DNA of 64,000 nucleotides from Marsupella aquatica (GCA_973895155.1 OZ316897.1:17454357-17518356); one strand, 5' to 3'; positions 49,201 through 63,155 are shown, numbered from the stretch's first letter. Translations and numbers: made by a program. Notes: generated from the letters alone by a model not told the origin.

Positions 49201-52200
49201 ATCTCTCGAGAAAAAGTTGCACTGGACACAGCTAGCTCAACATCGTGACCTCCATCAACTGACCGAGTGTCGGTCGTCTCTTCCCCGAAAGGAGGATCTT
49301 GGCTTGTCTTACTCGCACGTCCGCATTGCCAGGAATAATGAAGCTTGAATAGACAGGTGAATAAATTATTGAACAATCAGTCCTCTGTCCTCGGAATCCC
49401 GATGGGAAACTATTATCCAAACGACTTGCGTCCGGGCCGGGCCAAGAATCAGTGTAGATGCGCACCAGCTAGATGGGGTTGTGTAGTCTGGACCAGGTTG
49501 GGAGTCAGGATGTTCGCAGCAAAAGAAGCAATCACAGCTCACGTCGCATGCACTCTTTATGTTGGCGTGGGAAACTGCGTGTGGCGCTTAGGTAGGTGTA
49601 CACGCTCGCTGTACATAGAATACATCACATCACTCACATTTATGAGACAGGCCGGGTGCGCAAGTAGGGTCACGGAAAACTTTAAGACTCCAAGTGATCT
49701 GCTAGGTATCTAACTATGGCACTGTAGTATACTAGTATGTCGGCAGCTGCTACTTCGGCTACGGTATCCACTATGCAGAGTGTGTGGAAGCACTGCGTGC
49801 GTGCGTGCGCTTTGTCAGCAGGTTGGGACCCACTTGCAGGACCAGTTCAGCTGCTGGCGCAGGTGTAATTTGTCGTCGATGATCGTGTCGAAGTATCTAA
49901 GGTCCATGCAAACATACAGTGATTCCCGGTTTGACCATTTCTGGACTCGAACTCAGTCATGTAAACCAATTCCCAGCGTTGCACTCCTTTCTACAATTGA
50001 ACGCTTTGAAGAAAACACATTATTATGGTCAAAAAATATGTCATAACCTGGTTCTAAACGCTGAGCGCTGCCCTTCTGGCAATGTACTATTCTGGTGTTC
50101 CCTCTATATATCATTTCTGGTCTTGCTAGCTGCGGAACTTTGCAGATGAACACACTTCATGAGAGCGCCATGAATTCTCTCGCACAGGCGGGGTGTACAA
50201 TCAATCACTGGGGGACTTCGAAGATCGTATTCAAGCGTGCTAGCAACCCTGGCAGCCCGCTCTCGCACGAAGATGTCCTGGTACGATTTGCGAATGCCAT
50301 CTGCAACTCGCTGTTCTAGATTCCTTGAAACTAGGTGTACTCTACTCTTGACTCTCGTGGTATGAAGCAATCCTTCAGAATCTAACTTGATACGTATGTT
50401 CTCATCCACAAAAGTGCTTGCTAGCTTGCATCTTGACTCTACTAACTAGCCAGGCTCGTAAATCCTTGGTCTTTGTGAACGGGGGATCGCTCTTTCGATC
50501 ACATGGGGAAGAACTCCTTCACAGTGTAGATGAAGGAATGTTTTGAAGAAGCTAGTAGTTTCACTTTTGGAACACAATGGGGTCAACAGCTTAGATATGA
50601 AACAGCGCCAGCTGCTTGCGAACATGATCCGTAACGTCGTGCAAATGCCATATATTTCAGGTTCGTTGGAAGTTAGTCTTTCCATCATCAGAGCATGATG
50701 GAGTTCAATCATATTTATTCATGGATCAGTTCTGATGATGATAAGACTCATCTCCGTCGAGCCTGCCAGCGTAGTACTCTTTGCCGAGAGATCACTGTTA
50801 CCGATATCTTAGATGGAATCATCCTGTTTTAAATTCTCACAAGGTTAGAACATGGCCGACGTTTTGGAGATCACATTAACAGATGCTAACAGAACACGCA
50901 TCGCAAAGGAAGGTACATGCGAACACGTACTACACCAAAGCTACAAGATACTGATTTGCTCGTCCCAGAATCCTCCGTGCTGTGAATCCACAGACCAATA
51001 AGCTTCAATGGATCCCCAAGATTTTCAAGAAAGACACTTCCATATGTGTTGATCAACATACATCGACTGGATCAGTATTACATATGCTGGGAAGGAAACG
51101 AATGCTCTCAGTAATACTTCGTGACTTCATCTCGAGATTGGACAAGCGTTCTTCCTCATTTAGACACATGATGCTCAGACAATCATGGATTTTTGTGGCA
51201 TTTCCACGTGTTTAGCACAAGTAGAATCGGGAAGCTATCTAGACCAAATTCTTCCTCAAATTTCCCAAAAGTCGTTAGCGACACTCAGCGCAGAGTAACT
51301 ATCTCAAGCCCAACTCTCTGGAGCCCGCTCTGGAGTTGAAGATTTCTTCAGGAGTTTCATAGATTTGAACGATGACAAAGTCTGCCGAATGCGAAAAAAC
51401 AGTCGATGTAATCTAAAATGTCGAATGTCACTCTGTTTCAGGGTTTCTCCATTAAAGTCTGTGATTCCAGTAAAACCAATACAGTTACAATTCAATCCGC
51501 GTTTCCTTTGTGTGATTGACTTTCAGTTCTGTTTAAATTTGTGTTTTCACGTGTATCTGGTAAATAAAGAAAACACAATCCATGAGCAAGCCGGGACAAG
51601 GAATGTACTCTAGAAAGATGTGAAGTCCGAGTGTACAATGAACAGACGAAGCTCGAGAACGAGAAAGGTCAGTAAGACCCGAGACTGAGAGCTGAGCACC
51701 CAAGAAAACGGCTCGGTACTCCCACATGTGGCCAAGGCGAGTCAAAGAAATCTTTAAAAATGGTTGTGTACGTGTGCGGTATGCTACTTTTTCGTGGACC
51801 ACAACCCCAATATCCGCATCATTCTGCGACTTCAAATTGCGCCAATGATGTGTCTAGCACACACCCGGCGCTACTTGTCAGAACGGAAGTGTCGTAAGCG
51901 TGCAAAGAGGTTTAGCGCAAAGGTACACCTACGCTGCACGAGATTTTCCTGACACTGTCAGACCATAATCAAAGATGTAGTTCATACTTCCGAAAGATAC
52001 GGATGGCATGTCTTTTACGGTATGCGTGAACCGGCGTGAGCGCCTCTCTCCTACTGCCTCGGGAAATTAAAGCTGCTTTTCGCATAGCTTCACGACATTT
52101 GAATGCATCGCCTCCTTTCATTTAGGGTTTGCGAAAGCTGCGGGCCGAACAGAACCACATTTACACCTCTATTGTTTCTGACTACCCTAGGGGCCATGCG

Positions 52201-55200
52201 AGGTTGTCAAAGTTTTTGCCTCGGCACTCACATTCCCAGCTCAGCTCCTTTTTTTCACGGCCAACGTAAATGGGCTTCCAAGTTCTTGTCTGCTCAAGGT
52301 TGTTACTTGGTTCTGGATCGACAGCCTACAATACAATGCCGTCCAACGACACTTTCAACCAAATGCTCTTTCGTCGGCCTCTCCGTTGGTCTGTTCATCG
52401 ATCATGAATACGTTTACTGACATTTCACTGTCAAGGCAGAATCACAGAAAAAACTGGGATGCCACAAGAGATTCGAGTCGTTTTCGTTACTGCCAAAGTA
52501 TGATATCAAAAAGTAGCCTCATAATTGTGATTCATGCACATGTGTGCACATCTGCACACAGTGCCGTTTCATGTGCCGCAACGCCCTCAAAAGAACATAC
52601 GAAAGGCTTGGCTGGTAGTCGAAACACGAAGGCCCGCATTTGGATGCAAAGTTGCTCAAATACGATATCCTTGGACGGTGTTTTCGTGTTTCTCTACCTT
52701 GTCTCTTCCTTCATTCAATGGATCCTTCTGGAATGCAGAAACAAGTGCTTGCTGATCATCTGAGTGGAAACAAATCCTGTTGATGTAAAAGCTGTTGATC
52801 GGTACAGCCGGACACCCTGCCACGGTTCCAAAGAAATGCTGAAGGCAACGCAAATATTTAAGACGCTTGCATGCATGGAGATATTCTTTCGCTTACCTTC
52901 GTCCCCTTCGTCATTACTGCATGAGTTTGATGCGATTGGCTGTATCCAGTGAAAATGTGCTGCTTTTTCTGACAACCAGGGTTCTTGGTCCGAAACCCAT
53001 CGTGTCCACCAGTGCCTGTAGTCTGCAGCAGAGGATTTCAATTGGAGGCCTGCATACTACAGTAAAGATGCTAGCGCTTGCGACCCTCGTGTGTGGAGGC
53101 TCATCTGAAGCGCACCAAGTCTTCTCCGTCTGACCCAACTGCCCTCTTGATCCAATTCAAATGAGCAGCTGAGTCAAAAAAAAGCTTTCTCAAAACAAAT
53201 TGTCATTTTGAAACGTAACTGCACTTTTGGTTGAATCCTACGACTTCATTTTCTAAGAGTACCCTTGGTTTCAAAATTGAAAGTGTGGACATAGGCAGCG
53301 AATAATGTAAATAAATAATTTGGACTAACCGTCCAAGATTCATAGTGCACCTCTCGAGTTTCCTTTCAACAGTGTCTAATTTAATCCGGAATTCCTTGAA
53401 GCGATGTGACGAAGGACTGCTTTCCTATTCTGAGATGACATAATGCTGAAAATGGTCCAAAAGCAGTGGATGTTGTCATATCAAAGCTTGAGTTGCATTC
53501 AATTCTCTGATATAATGCTTAGAATCGACCGAGCTTAGGCAGTATCACTGATGACATCATTCTTTCCTGATTGAAAAGTCTGCCCGGTGCTGAGTAGAAA
53601 CGCGGAGACAAGTTGGATCCAGGTCATTTTTGTGCGATCAGAGAATTGCCATTTTCAGGGCTAATATTGGGCGCTTAAACGAGTGAAACTCTCGGACCTG
53701 ATTCTACTAGTTCCCCACTCATGAATATCGCGACACCTGTCCATCGAATGATATCGGTAGCTTCACGTCGGTATGTTATCATCTGCATTGGTCAGACGAT
53801 GTCAACGCACATTGTTCGAACACGATTGTTCATAATTAGACTGAGACATCGTTGAACCCGCCGCGCATGGAGAACCGTAGGAGCCATCTGGCCAGAGCTA
53901 GCTGGTTCAAGATCGCAAATTGGAACTACCCCTTGGCGAGATCTATAGGAATCACCCAGGACCTTGTATCTAGCTTGGAGTATTTGCAATAGCTATGTAC
54001 GGCTGATGGACGAGGATTGTAGGGAGCTTGCGAATTTAATTGTAATAAATTTGCTCTAACGTTTTGGGTTTTTGTGAGGCATGGAATTCTGAAGTTCGTT
54101 ACTGGAATCGAAATATTTGAGTGTCCCATATCTCCCACAGCGCAAGACGGCCTGCGATGGTAGATCATGTAAACTCCAATTGACTATCCCGTACCCGAAT
54201 CTAGAAGGCACTCAGTCAATTACTAACAGTCACTAAAGGGCTTCATGATGGGAAGAAGTGCGTATACTGCCAATAGAAACTTGTAGGTATAGGTATCGCT
54301 CGACAAAAAGTGGTTGGGAGGGACTGTCCCGACTGCTCGTGACAGTACTTAGTCCATGAGGCATACATCACAAAAGATGAACGAATTCAGAAGACAGTGT
54401 TAGTCTCGCTGACGTACCACCGCTACCTACATATTTGGAGGAGAAATAGTAGTTGCTAGATATGAATAAAACTTCTTGAGACCTCAAATAACTGGTAGGA
54501 AAACATATAGGCGGGGCGGACTTGCATTGCCCGTCACCGAACTTTGGATGTGTAAAGAGGTACTAGATCAATGGTCGGTGTTAGGAATTATCTGTCTGGA
54601 GAACCACTTGGCAGACAGTGGTCGAGACGAAAAATCTCTAGGGCTGTAGGGTAGTCAGAAAATCGTTGCATGAATTGTAGTCACTGTCCCTTCATTTCCC
54701 TTTCGACATGTTCCCTTCCAAGTGTGGACCTCAATTTGTGTGCATTGTGGGCTTCCACGTCTTCATTGCCTCGGAGCTGGTGCTGTCGGCTTCTCCTCAC
54801 TTTTTCATCGCCACTGGTGGAACCACTCGATCCTGAATGGAGACTTCTCTACATTTAGCCCCACGCTAGTCGAAGGCTATCAGTGCTGCAGCTGGCATCT
54901 TGGGCAATCTCTTCACCGCTATTGATATTTCCTGTTTTAAGTAGGACCGACTGTAATGGTGGGACATGGGTGACTCGGTTGGGTGAAGCTATAGCTTACC
55001 TAGAACTACTCCCAGTTCCTGAAACAACTTTCTTCAGTTATTCCTCTGTAAACTCTATGCACCCTGCACTTGGACATAATGTATGGCTTAGAATGGATAT
55101 ACCGGCCGAAAAGATGTGTCTATTTCAAAAACCTTCGACTGGATCTTGCATTACTGTAATGCAAGGACATTGCGCCGAAAAGGGCAATGGTTTTCTATGA

Positions 55201-56700
55201 GTAAATTTGAGCATGTCGCTTTGTCTGTACCAGCTATTCTCTTTCACACTCATTCCTTCAGGACTTCAGGATAAGTGGTATAGTCATATCCAGATAGTCA
55301 TCAAACATCTCAAACCACAATATAAAATAACGAGTAAATTTCCCAGATATTTCGAATATTTTCGTCCAAGTTCAGATAAGCCGAAGTATTTTACATGGTT
55401 CCAAATGCTAACACATTGAGGATGGGATGGGACAGTCGTTAATATTCTGTACCCCTGAATGAGTTGTGAAAATATCCAACGAACAGAGTCAACTGTCATA
55501 ATGCTGTTTATGGTTGTCATTCTATGCAGAATTGGAACCATTCTTGCGCTCATGATCATTAAACTTATTGTTAGGTAGTTTCCACTTGAGTCGTACAATT
55601 AAGCTGATTCCTCTACCAGGGACGTTTGATTATCGCATTAGACGCACACGGATATCCAGACAAAAAAGATAAAAGTATTTGCGTTCTTTGTCGCACTGGT
55701 TTATGCTTGCACAGCAGGTTTGCGATGTAAACGGAAGTTAGCCGTAAGTTGTCTTCTGGAGCAATCTTATTTGAATGTACGTGTCTCTAACCTCAAAAGA
55801 CATTGGGCAGCAATCGTCACTTTCACCAGTCCTGGAACATTCCAAAGAGAGCGTTTCGATTCTACTACCCAAAGTAATCAAAACGTTTTGAAGTTGGCAG
55901 TTCCCACATAGCTGCCAAATAGGGAAACATAAAAGCACAATTTACCACTTTCTCCTAATCCTTGGAGGTTAGCACTGAGGGAAAATTCTGGTTCTGGGCT
56001 TAGCACTGAGGGAAAATTGGGCATCAAGGCCTCAAAGGGTTTCGAGATATCACAGCTACTGTAGTTCAAGAGAAGTAAACTAAGACCACTTCCTGAAAGA
56101 CCCACCTGCAGGAGTTCTTTCAATAATCCGAAGCCAGTCTACCTGGGAAGTAGGTAGGACCCAAAGCTACATCATTCATCTCTTCAGCAAGTGTACAAAC
56201 CTCTTAGGATTTATCCTGACTGTACCTCCATGGAACGGTGCTGTTAGAAGTTTCGAAAAATAGGGAGTCGGAGGTGGACGGTTGCGTTTCGTAACGCTGG
56301 ATACGGAATTACGGATCCTTGCGGTACGTTTGACTTGCTACCAAGAGAGCCGCGAACATCCAGTTAAATACTGTGGCAAATCACCTTCATCCACGACTTT
56401 GGAGCACGTTCCCATTCTGGACTGAAAACCAGCGTGGCCTGTACAATTTCATTCCTGAATAGAAAGCCTACATCCCCGGTTGTCCGTTTGTCATGACCAG
56501 TCAAGGAAACAGCGTGAAGTACAGTGTATTTAGTAACTTCTTCGTTTGAAGCTTTCAATTGCAATTTGCATGACATGAAGTTCGTCGTCTTCAGAACGAA
56601 GTGGGTCCCTTGCTCCGAGTCAGGTCGTGAGCAAACTCTTTCTGCCATTTTGCTGGACAGAGCTCAGGCATTTCGAAACGGAATAAAACGGCCCATATGT
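46300..56700 (-). pseudogene. Heavily decayed TORNADO1-like LRR-Roc-COR (Roco) gene remnants, probably more than one copy
   Basis: Minus-strand fragments in the expected order: LRR-like words (~56100-55400), TQIEVHT (~54730), LFISSN..VVRQRD (~54460-54400), FAILNQL (~53910), YY*EHSFP (~51110), WRCFISKLLTPL..LHLHCEGVLPHVIE (~50610-50490; cf. TRN1 RRLITSMVPG..IHMLCE..HVVE). Second Roc-like NLPGQ*IRKLNAFIYP at ~47590. Boundaries approximate. Confidence 0.4.
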
Positions 56701-57092
56701 TTAACGTGGGCTTAATAAGTCGGCGGATGTCTGTCGTTGATTGATGCCAGGAAGAATGTGGTAAATCCATTCCGGTCGGTGGGTTTTCCTTCTCACATTT
56801 CTCTCTGATATGTGGTGAAAGAGCTTCTTGCGTTTTACGCTTCCCCGAGGATTGGAGATTGTTTAGGGGAGAAAACCGGTTGGGATGGCTCCGGGCCCTC
56901 GTGGGTGGAACTTAAAACAAACAATCATACGATCAACTGAAAGCTGGGAAAATTCAATCTGGATTGTAACTCTCCTTACAGACCCGAAGAGTGGTGGTAA
57001 TAAGGGCGGCATCTTGTGCCGATACCTAGCATCTTTCTTCAATTATATGGAAAATGAAATTTAGCTGGTCAAATTCTTGTAGAAAGAATCTG

Positions 57093-57252
57093 AATCGTTT
57101 TGGTGTGCTCACTTTTTACCTGGCATCTTTGGAAAATGGACTGAAAAATCCTATTAATAGAAAAAATCGTTTTGGTGTGCTCATTTTTATTTGGCATCTT
57201 TGGAAAATGGAATCAAAATTCCTATAGAAAGAATCTTTTTGGTGTGCTCACA
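57093..57252. repeat. ~70-bp tandem repeat, 2.3 copies
   Basis: AATC.TTTTGGTGTGCTCA..TGGCATCTTTGGAAAATGGA recurs. Confidence 0.85.
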
Positions 57253-59602
57253 TTCACATATGTAATCTTTGCCACAAAAGGCTTGCCCCGCAGGGAATAT
57301 GCATGACCCACTAGCAGACTTAGTTACTACAATATAATTGTAGATTTTGCTCATCACCTTATTGGAGTAGGTGACTTAATCTCAATTTTATTACTGGCTC
57401 TAGGTTTTGGATTTGCATTTGCCCTCTCAGTCTCTCTTTTGCATACTCGGTTGTACTTTGTTGTGCACCTATTAGTGAAAATGGCCTGTTTATTGCATAG
57501 TCCATTGTACTTTGTTTGGCACGTTTTGTAAATTAAAATGGTCAATTTTCATCTCTCTGTTGGTTAACTACCCAGGCCAGTTCCCACTTAGGGCACCAAC
57601 CTTCACCCACTGCTAAACGATGTTCCAGATGAAAGAGGTTTTGCTTACAAAGGGGTGAACTAACTTATACAACTGTGGGGTATATTCTTCCTCCTACTTG
57701 TAGCATATATCCTTGAATCTGTGCCATATTCCCCACCATATTCCCCTGCATATTCCTGCATACTCAACACTCTTATGTAGGTTCCAGATTTTCAACCTGG
57801 TTACCAGACTTTGGTTCCCATTGGCTAGGGCCAACCTGTAGCTCTCCCCCTTCCCCCTTACCGCTGGCCCAATGTCTTCTGTCAAGGCCTCAGCAGCAAA
57901 AACTAGTAATGTTTTGGGCCAAAAAACTCCAAAAGCTGTCAAATTTGTGGGTTTTTTCAACCCTCATCTTTTCACTCACAAAACAAGCACCCTACTACTC
58001 ACCCTACTGCTGCATTACACACTAGTAGCCCCTAGGTGTGTTTGTAATTGTGGGTTTTTTCGGGTAATTGTGACGTGCGAGCAAACAGTAAAAATTTTCC
58101 TCGCACAAGCAAAAAAAATTCCTGCATGACCCCTATTTTTACACATGCAACTGCCTCGCTATCAACTACCTGGTTGGTAACATCCCTTTTCGGGACTCCC
58201 TTTTTGCTAGCGAGCTCGCTAACCATCTGCAGCCTTTAAAAAAACACAAAAAATGTAGAAGGCACCAAAAAGCAACTGAAATTTGGAACCATTATTGTCT
58301 CGCTATCAAAATCTCCTGTTTGCTCGCAACATAGAATACCTCGGTTTTTTCCACACTTCGTGTAACAAGAATGGAATATGGTTTTAGTAAATGTAATATA
58401 GTTTGCACTTGTTTGCAACATATTTACCTCATACACTTTTCTGTTGCACTCAATTGTAAATTTATCTAACCCAGTTTTTATTGCACTCACTTGTAACATG
58501 CTTTGTAACATTGATTTGGGAACAAAGTTCATGTAAAACACAAAACTGCAATAAATTCATGTAATAAACACGAGTTTGACAAGATGCTTGGATGGACCAT
58601 TGAAACTTGAATGAACCATTTTAAAACATTAGCGTGAAGTCAGCTAAGTCTGTTCTCTGTATGCATGCTCCCAATTTTCGGTGTTAGTATTATTTGGTCC
58701 TTTTGGAGTCTAAATGTCAAACGTGAGGCTCGACCTGCAAAACTACTTACTCGTGCATTCGGTTCCTCAGCTATCTCAAGTCCAAATTTCGGTTTCATGA
58801 CAAATTGATCAGAATACGTGCACACTAATGGATTCAAAACATTCATACAAATAATAGACTTGGCTATCCATTGATGAGATCCACAATGCTAACCTCCCCT
58901 TTCATCTCCTTGTTTGTAACATGGCACCTGCTCTTCATGGGTAATATTTAGTTAAGGTTACAGGATGTTAGCCATGAATAGCAAGCGCAATCCTTAAGGA
59001 GCAAGCAACGTCGTTTTTTAACGAAAATATACTTGGTGTGGAGGCGTAAAAACTGGACCCAAAGGAGGTCTGAGAGACGACCCAGACAATCTACCCATAT
59101 CTAGAAGCTACTAAGCAGCAAATAATAGCAGCAATCTGGCCAAATATAGACAAGAACATAAAACGATCGCACATTTCATACAGGGATTTACCACTCACAA
59201 CACCATGGACACTGTAAGCCTACTTGTCATTTCTTCCCGTCCGTAAAGTGGTAACAGTGCCAATCACAACCCACTATTCTGTGAAGAATATACCAAGGTT
59301 TTCAATCAGGTCATACCGCAATACTTCAACGGCGGTCAAAAACTGATGACAAAAGGAAGCTTGGCCCTCCTGATAACATATATATGGCCAAAATGCAGAT
59401 GACCAACCATTGTCACCACGAGGAAACTATGCACACACAGATGATTGGCTACACTCTGTAGAAAACACTTCCAGTGTAGTAATTTTCTGGCTACTTTTCA
59501 GAGTCTCAGCTGTTCCACCACGCGGCGGTATATCTGACATCAAAATGCATCAATCGCAGAAGCGTATAGCTGTGATTGTTGCACAAAAACAGTACCATAA
59601 TC

Positions 59603-61135
59603 TCACATCGTAATCAGGTAAGTAGCCAACGCATCCCTCATCGCTTTTGCATACTGAGGATCCCCTGTTACTTCGGTTTCTGGATAATGTGGAATCACGG
59701 GTTCCTGTATAGAAGTCTCCAGCATAAAGTCCTCTTCCCAGGTACCCTCCTTGGACGGATCTGACTTATCAAGAAGCATATTGTGCATGATACAAACTGC
59801 CCCAATCATGTAAATAGCTGTGGAAACGTCCACTTGCAAAACTCCAGAGAGTATACCCCAACTCTTCAAAGTCTCAAAGGTCTTGTCCACCGTTTGCCAT
59901 ATTTGGAAGTGACAACTGTTAAATGTGTCTTCAGCAGCAGTGAGCTCTTCATCACGGAAGGGAAGCATGAGCCAGGGCTTCAGCTGATAATTTAAACCTC
60001 CCACGAGGTAAGAAGGGATACTAACACCCTCAATGTCCATCGGGGGAACATTGAAAAATCGACCAGATTGAATGTTGTCATATAAAGAGGACAGCCCTAA
60101 AACACTGAGATCAGGAACTGCCCCTGTAAATCCTGTGGCCAAACTAAGAACTCTTGTACTGGCATCTACAGCCACTTGTGTAACAATTGTATAAACCTTG
60201 TCTTGATTGAGATAGTCTGCGCCTTGTGAACCAGCCGGTCGCTTTATTCGTAAGTGCATGCAGTCGATTGCACCAACACAGTTTGGGAGACCTGAAATGG
60301 CTTCAAATCCCGCCATTACTTTCTTTAAAGTTCCCCCTTGTGGATACGCCACCATGTGTTTGAAATGATTGCAAAGAATTTGGCAAAGTTCCATTGTACA
60401 GTAGAAGACAGTTGACTCTCCAACAGAAAATCTCTCTGCAGCCTGTAGAGTTACACGGAGTTAACACCTACATGAGACCTGCCAAGATTCAAGAAAGACG
60501 AGTCAACAGACTAGGCTGTCATGTCTTAATCAAACTAGAGAACTCCAGTAAAACAGGTTTCTGACTCACAATGAGATAGTTTGCTCCTGTAGCAAGGCGA
60601 AAGACCGCCACTGCAACTCTCGTGGTGACAGGAATGCTCCTTTTGTAATTGGTATTCATCTTCTCAACATGGGGACCAACCTGCTCGCAAAACCAGTGGA
60701 ATGTCCTCATATCCATCTTGAACATCTGCTGGTAGGTACACTCGCTTGGGCCTCGATGTACAGTAGACCAACCCATGTCGCGGGCCCTTTTCCCTGAGCG
60801 GAACTTCACTTTCCGCGTCCTTTTGCGCTTATTATGGAATATTGCAGAGGCTTGAATTGCATCGAGCTGTGCCAATATAGACACGCAGCCTTGCCGTACC
60901 TGTAATCACAATATCCATCACTATTCTTCAGTGGATTTTCTTTCCTTCCACTTAAGCAATCATGCAAGAGGAAAGGAAATCATTACATTAGTGTCCGCAC
61001 AATTCGTACCTGGTCAGAAACAGAGTCATCGCCAATAACTTCCATGTACTGAACTGCCATCACCAGTGCGTACTCAATCATTGAGGCCAGTGCATGTACT
61101 GCCAAAGCTAACACCTTCAATTTCTCTTCATCCAT
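59603..61135 (-). CDS. Domesticated Harbinger transposase-derived protein, ALP1/HARBI1-like; exons 61135-61010, 60899-60570, 60442-59603; ~431 aa
   Basis: FKMDMRTFHWFC..RVAVAVFRLATG..AERFSVGESTV (HTH); GLPNCVGAIDCMH; YLVGGLNYQLKPWL; VDKTFETLKSWGIL; VCIMHN. GT-AG introns keep frame (1296 nt). No TIRs seen. Confidence 0.85.
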
Positions 61136-61782
61136 GTTACAGGACAGCTCGAATTGAGTGTGAGGGGCAGAATATGTGAGTACTTGCAGATCAATCGACT
61201 GGAGGCCAGTAACGTAGTAAGTAAGCCATAGAGATTAAGACCGTCAAATTTTGCAGGTTAGAAGGAGCATGAACTCTTCACGCCTTACTTTCGAAATAAT
61301 ATTTACTGGATTGTTAAATCGAAAGGGTACGACATATATACACAAAAGGTACAATGGCCAGTCAGGTAATGTAGGACTTTATACACTGAAGATAAAGACA
61401 CTCAAAAAACAGGTTCTGAAAATAAACCTGAACTGATGATGCGATTCCAGACAATATGAGAGATTGCAAGTGCAACCGCGTCTCAAGAGTCTGTCAATTG
61501 CTGTAATTCAAAGACTACATTCATGTGGATAACAACTCGTCCTAAGTTCATTACAGGAGTGCCCAGCTTTCTAACCTATACATCTACGTGAGTGCTCCCA
61601 CTCATAGATAAATTTGGCTTGCACAACTGAGGTTGTCTTTTATGAGTGGGGCCAGCTCGTTTACCCTTTTGAAGGGAAAGCACCAGAGGGGGTACTGGCC
61701 TGGAACACAAAATCTGCGCCGATGCTCCCAAACGCTCAGCTCGAGTCATTGCTCGAGGACACCACCAACAGTCCCACGATGC

Positions 61783-63155
61783 CTACACTTTCAATTTCAC
61801 CGCTGTTACGTCCACCTTATTATCATCGGCAGCTAATTTGGCAGCTTCCAGTGCTTCAGCCCTCTGCTGTGCTTCGAGAGTCACCACTTTATCATCTACA
61901 AAGGTGACATCCGAATTGCATCGTGAGTTACCCAAGCTGAATATTCGAACAATTGGAAACGCTATGTTCCACCTATGGTCAGTAAACGACTGCTATTCAT
62001 AAGAAAAGCATAGGTCGCTTCTACAACCAAAACGACCACACTACAGCAAGGAAAATCTTCATCGAACCTGTTCAAACTTAGCTCCCACATAAAGGCCTGA
62101 GAAACAAAAGAGCTAGGAAAAAATAGATTTCAATTTCTCCAGAAAACACGTCTAACTGGCAAGCATGAAACTGACGACACCTCCCTATGGAAAGTTAACT
62201 CCTTCCTAAGCATTCCTGAGACCTAAGGCATTTTTTAAAAAATTAAAGACTAGGAAACTAGAATCAGTGGTTTCCGTTCAAACCTCCCAGCTCTCTTATC
62301 CTGCTTCTCTTTCCAGACAAGAAACCTCTTACAAGAGTATTTACTTCCACAGCAGGACGGACAAAAATACGAAGTTCTGAAGATAATAATCAATTTCACA
62401 AATCCCTCAGCAACAGGCACTCCTTGTCATCTGAGTGACAACAGAGACGCAAATGTTTAAGTCGAATCTCATAAAACTTCTACCACAAAAACCTTCAATT
62501 TCTCGTTCACTGAGAAGAGAGGCATAGTGAGACACAGAATCAATGACCGACGCTGTACTGCGACAGATGCAAATAACGCGAGAATGGGTAGACTCACAAA
62601 ACAGAGGTCAAGAGCGTGACTCACAAATGAAATTTTCGGAACACGGGGAATAAATAGGTAACCCATTACGTACTTTTAGCTGCGGGTGAATATGACCTAG
62701 CTTCATGTTCCCTTTCAAGGCAAGAACAAATAGAACCAATGCACAGAGAGGTCAAGAGAATGACTCAGGAGAGAATTCTTAAGTACACGGGGAACAAATA
62801 GGAGTACCCTTACCCACCCTAGCTGCGGGAGATTATGCCCAAAAGGGAAAAATGCGTGGAACCGAATCAAGACAGGTGATAAGAGTTGAGTAACCGAGTA
62901 AATTAATTTTTGAATCGACGGAAAGGACATTGCTAAATCGTCAGGAGGTGCGACCTAACTACATTTACTTCTCAAGAAGCAAGGGCTTTACAGTTCAAAA
63001 GGTGAAGGAAATTCAGATTTCGTCTTGCAAATGTAAACAAAGTCAAAGATACAGGACATACAGAAGCCCGTGTAGTTCATGAAAAGCTCCATCGAAGCTC
63101 CGATTACGCCCCCAACCACCGCAAGCTTCAAGTACCAACTCGTAATTTGGTTCAT
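61783..63155 (-). CDS. 68-aa single-TM microprotein, SMIM4/UQCC5-like (putative mitochondrial complex assembly factor); exons 63155-63062 and 61895-61783
   Basis: Spliced product MNQITSWYLKLAVVGGVIGASMELFMNYTGFYDKVVTLEAQQRAEALEAAKLAADDNKVDVTAVKLKV*. The IGASMELFM..TGFYD motif is split by a GTATGT..TTTGTAG intron that restores Y-D-K. Confidence 0.75.
62600..62840. repeat. Diverged ~145-bp tandem duplication in the microprotein intron
   Basis: AGAGGTCAAGAG..TGACTCA..ACACGGGGAA.AAATAGG..TAGCTGCGGG recurs at ~62603 and ~62747. Confidence 0.7.

Noticed and set aside
46000-57000. Endogenous viral or horizontally acquired insert
   Set aside because: No viral or bacterial hallmark motifs were seen; the relics fit a decayed plant Roco gene better, though a search is needed.
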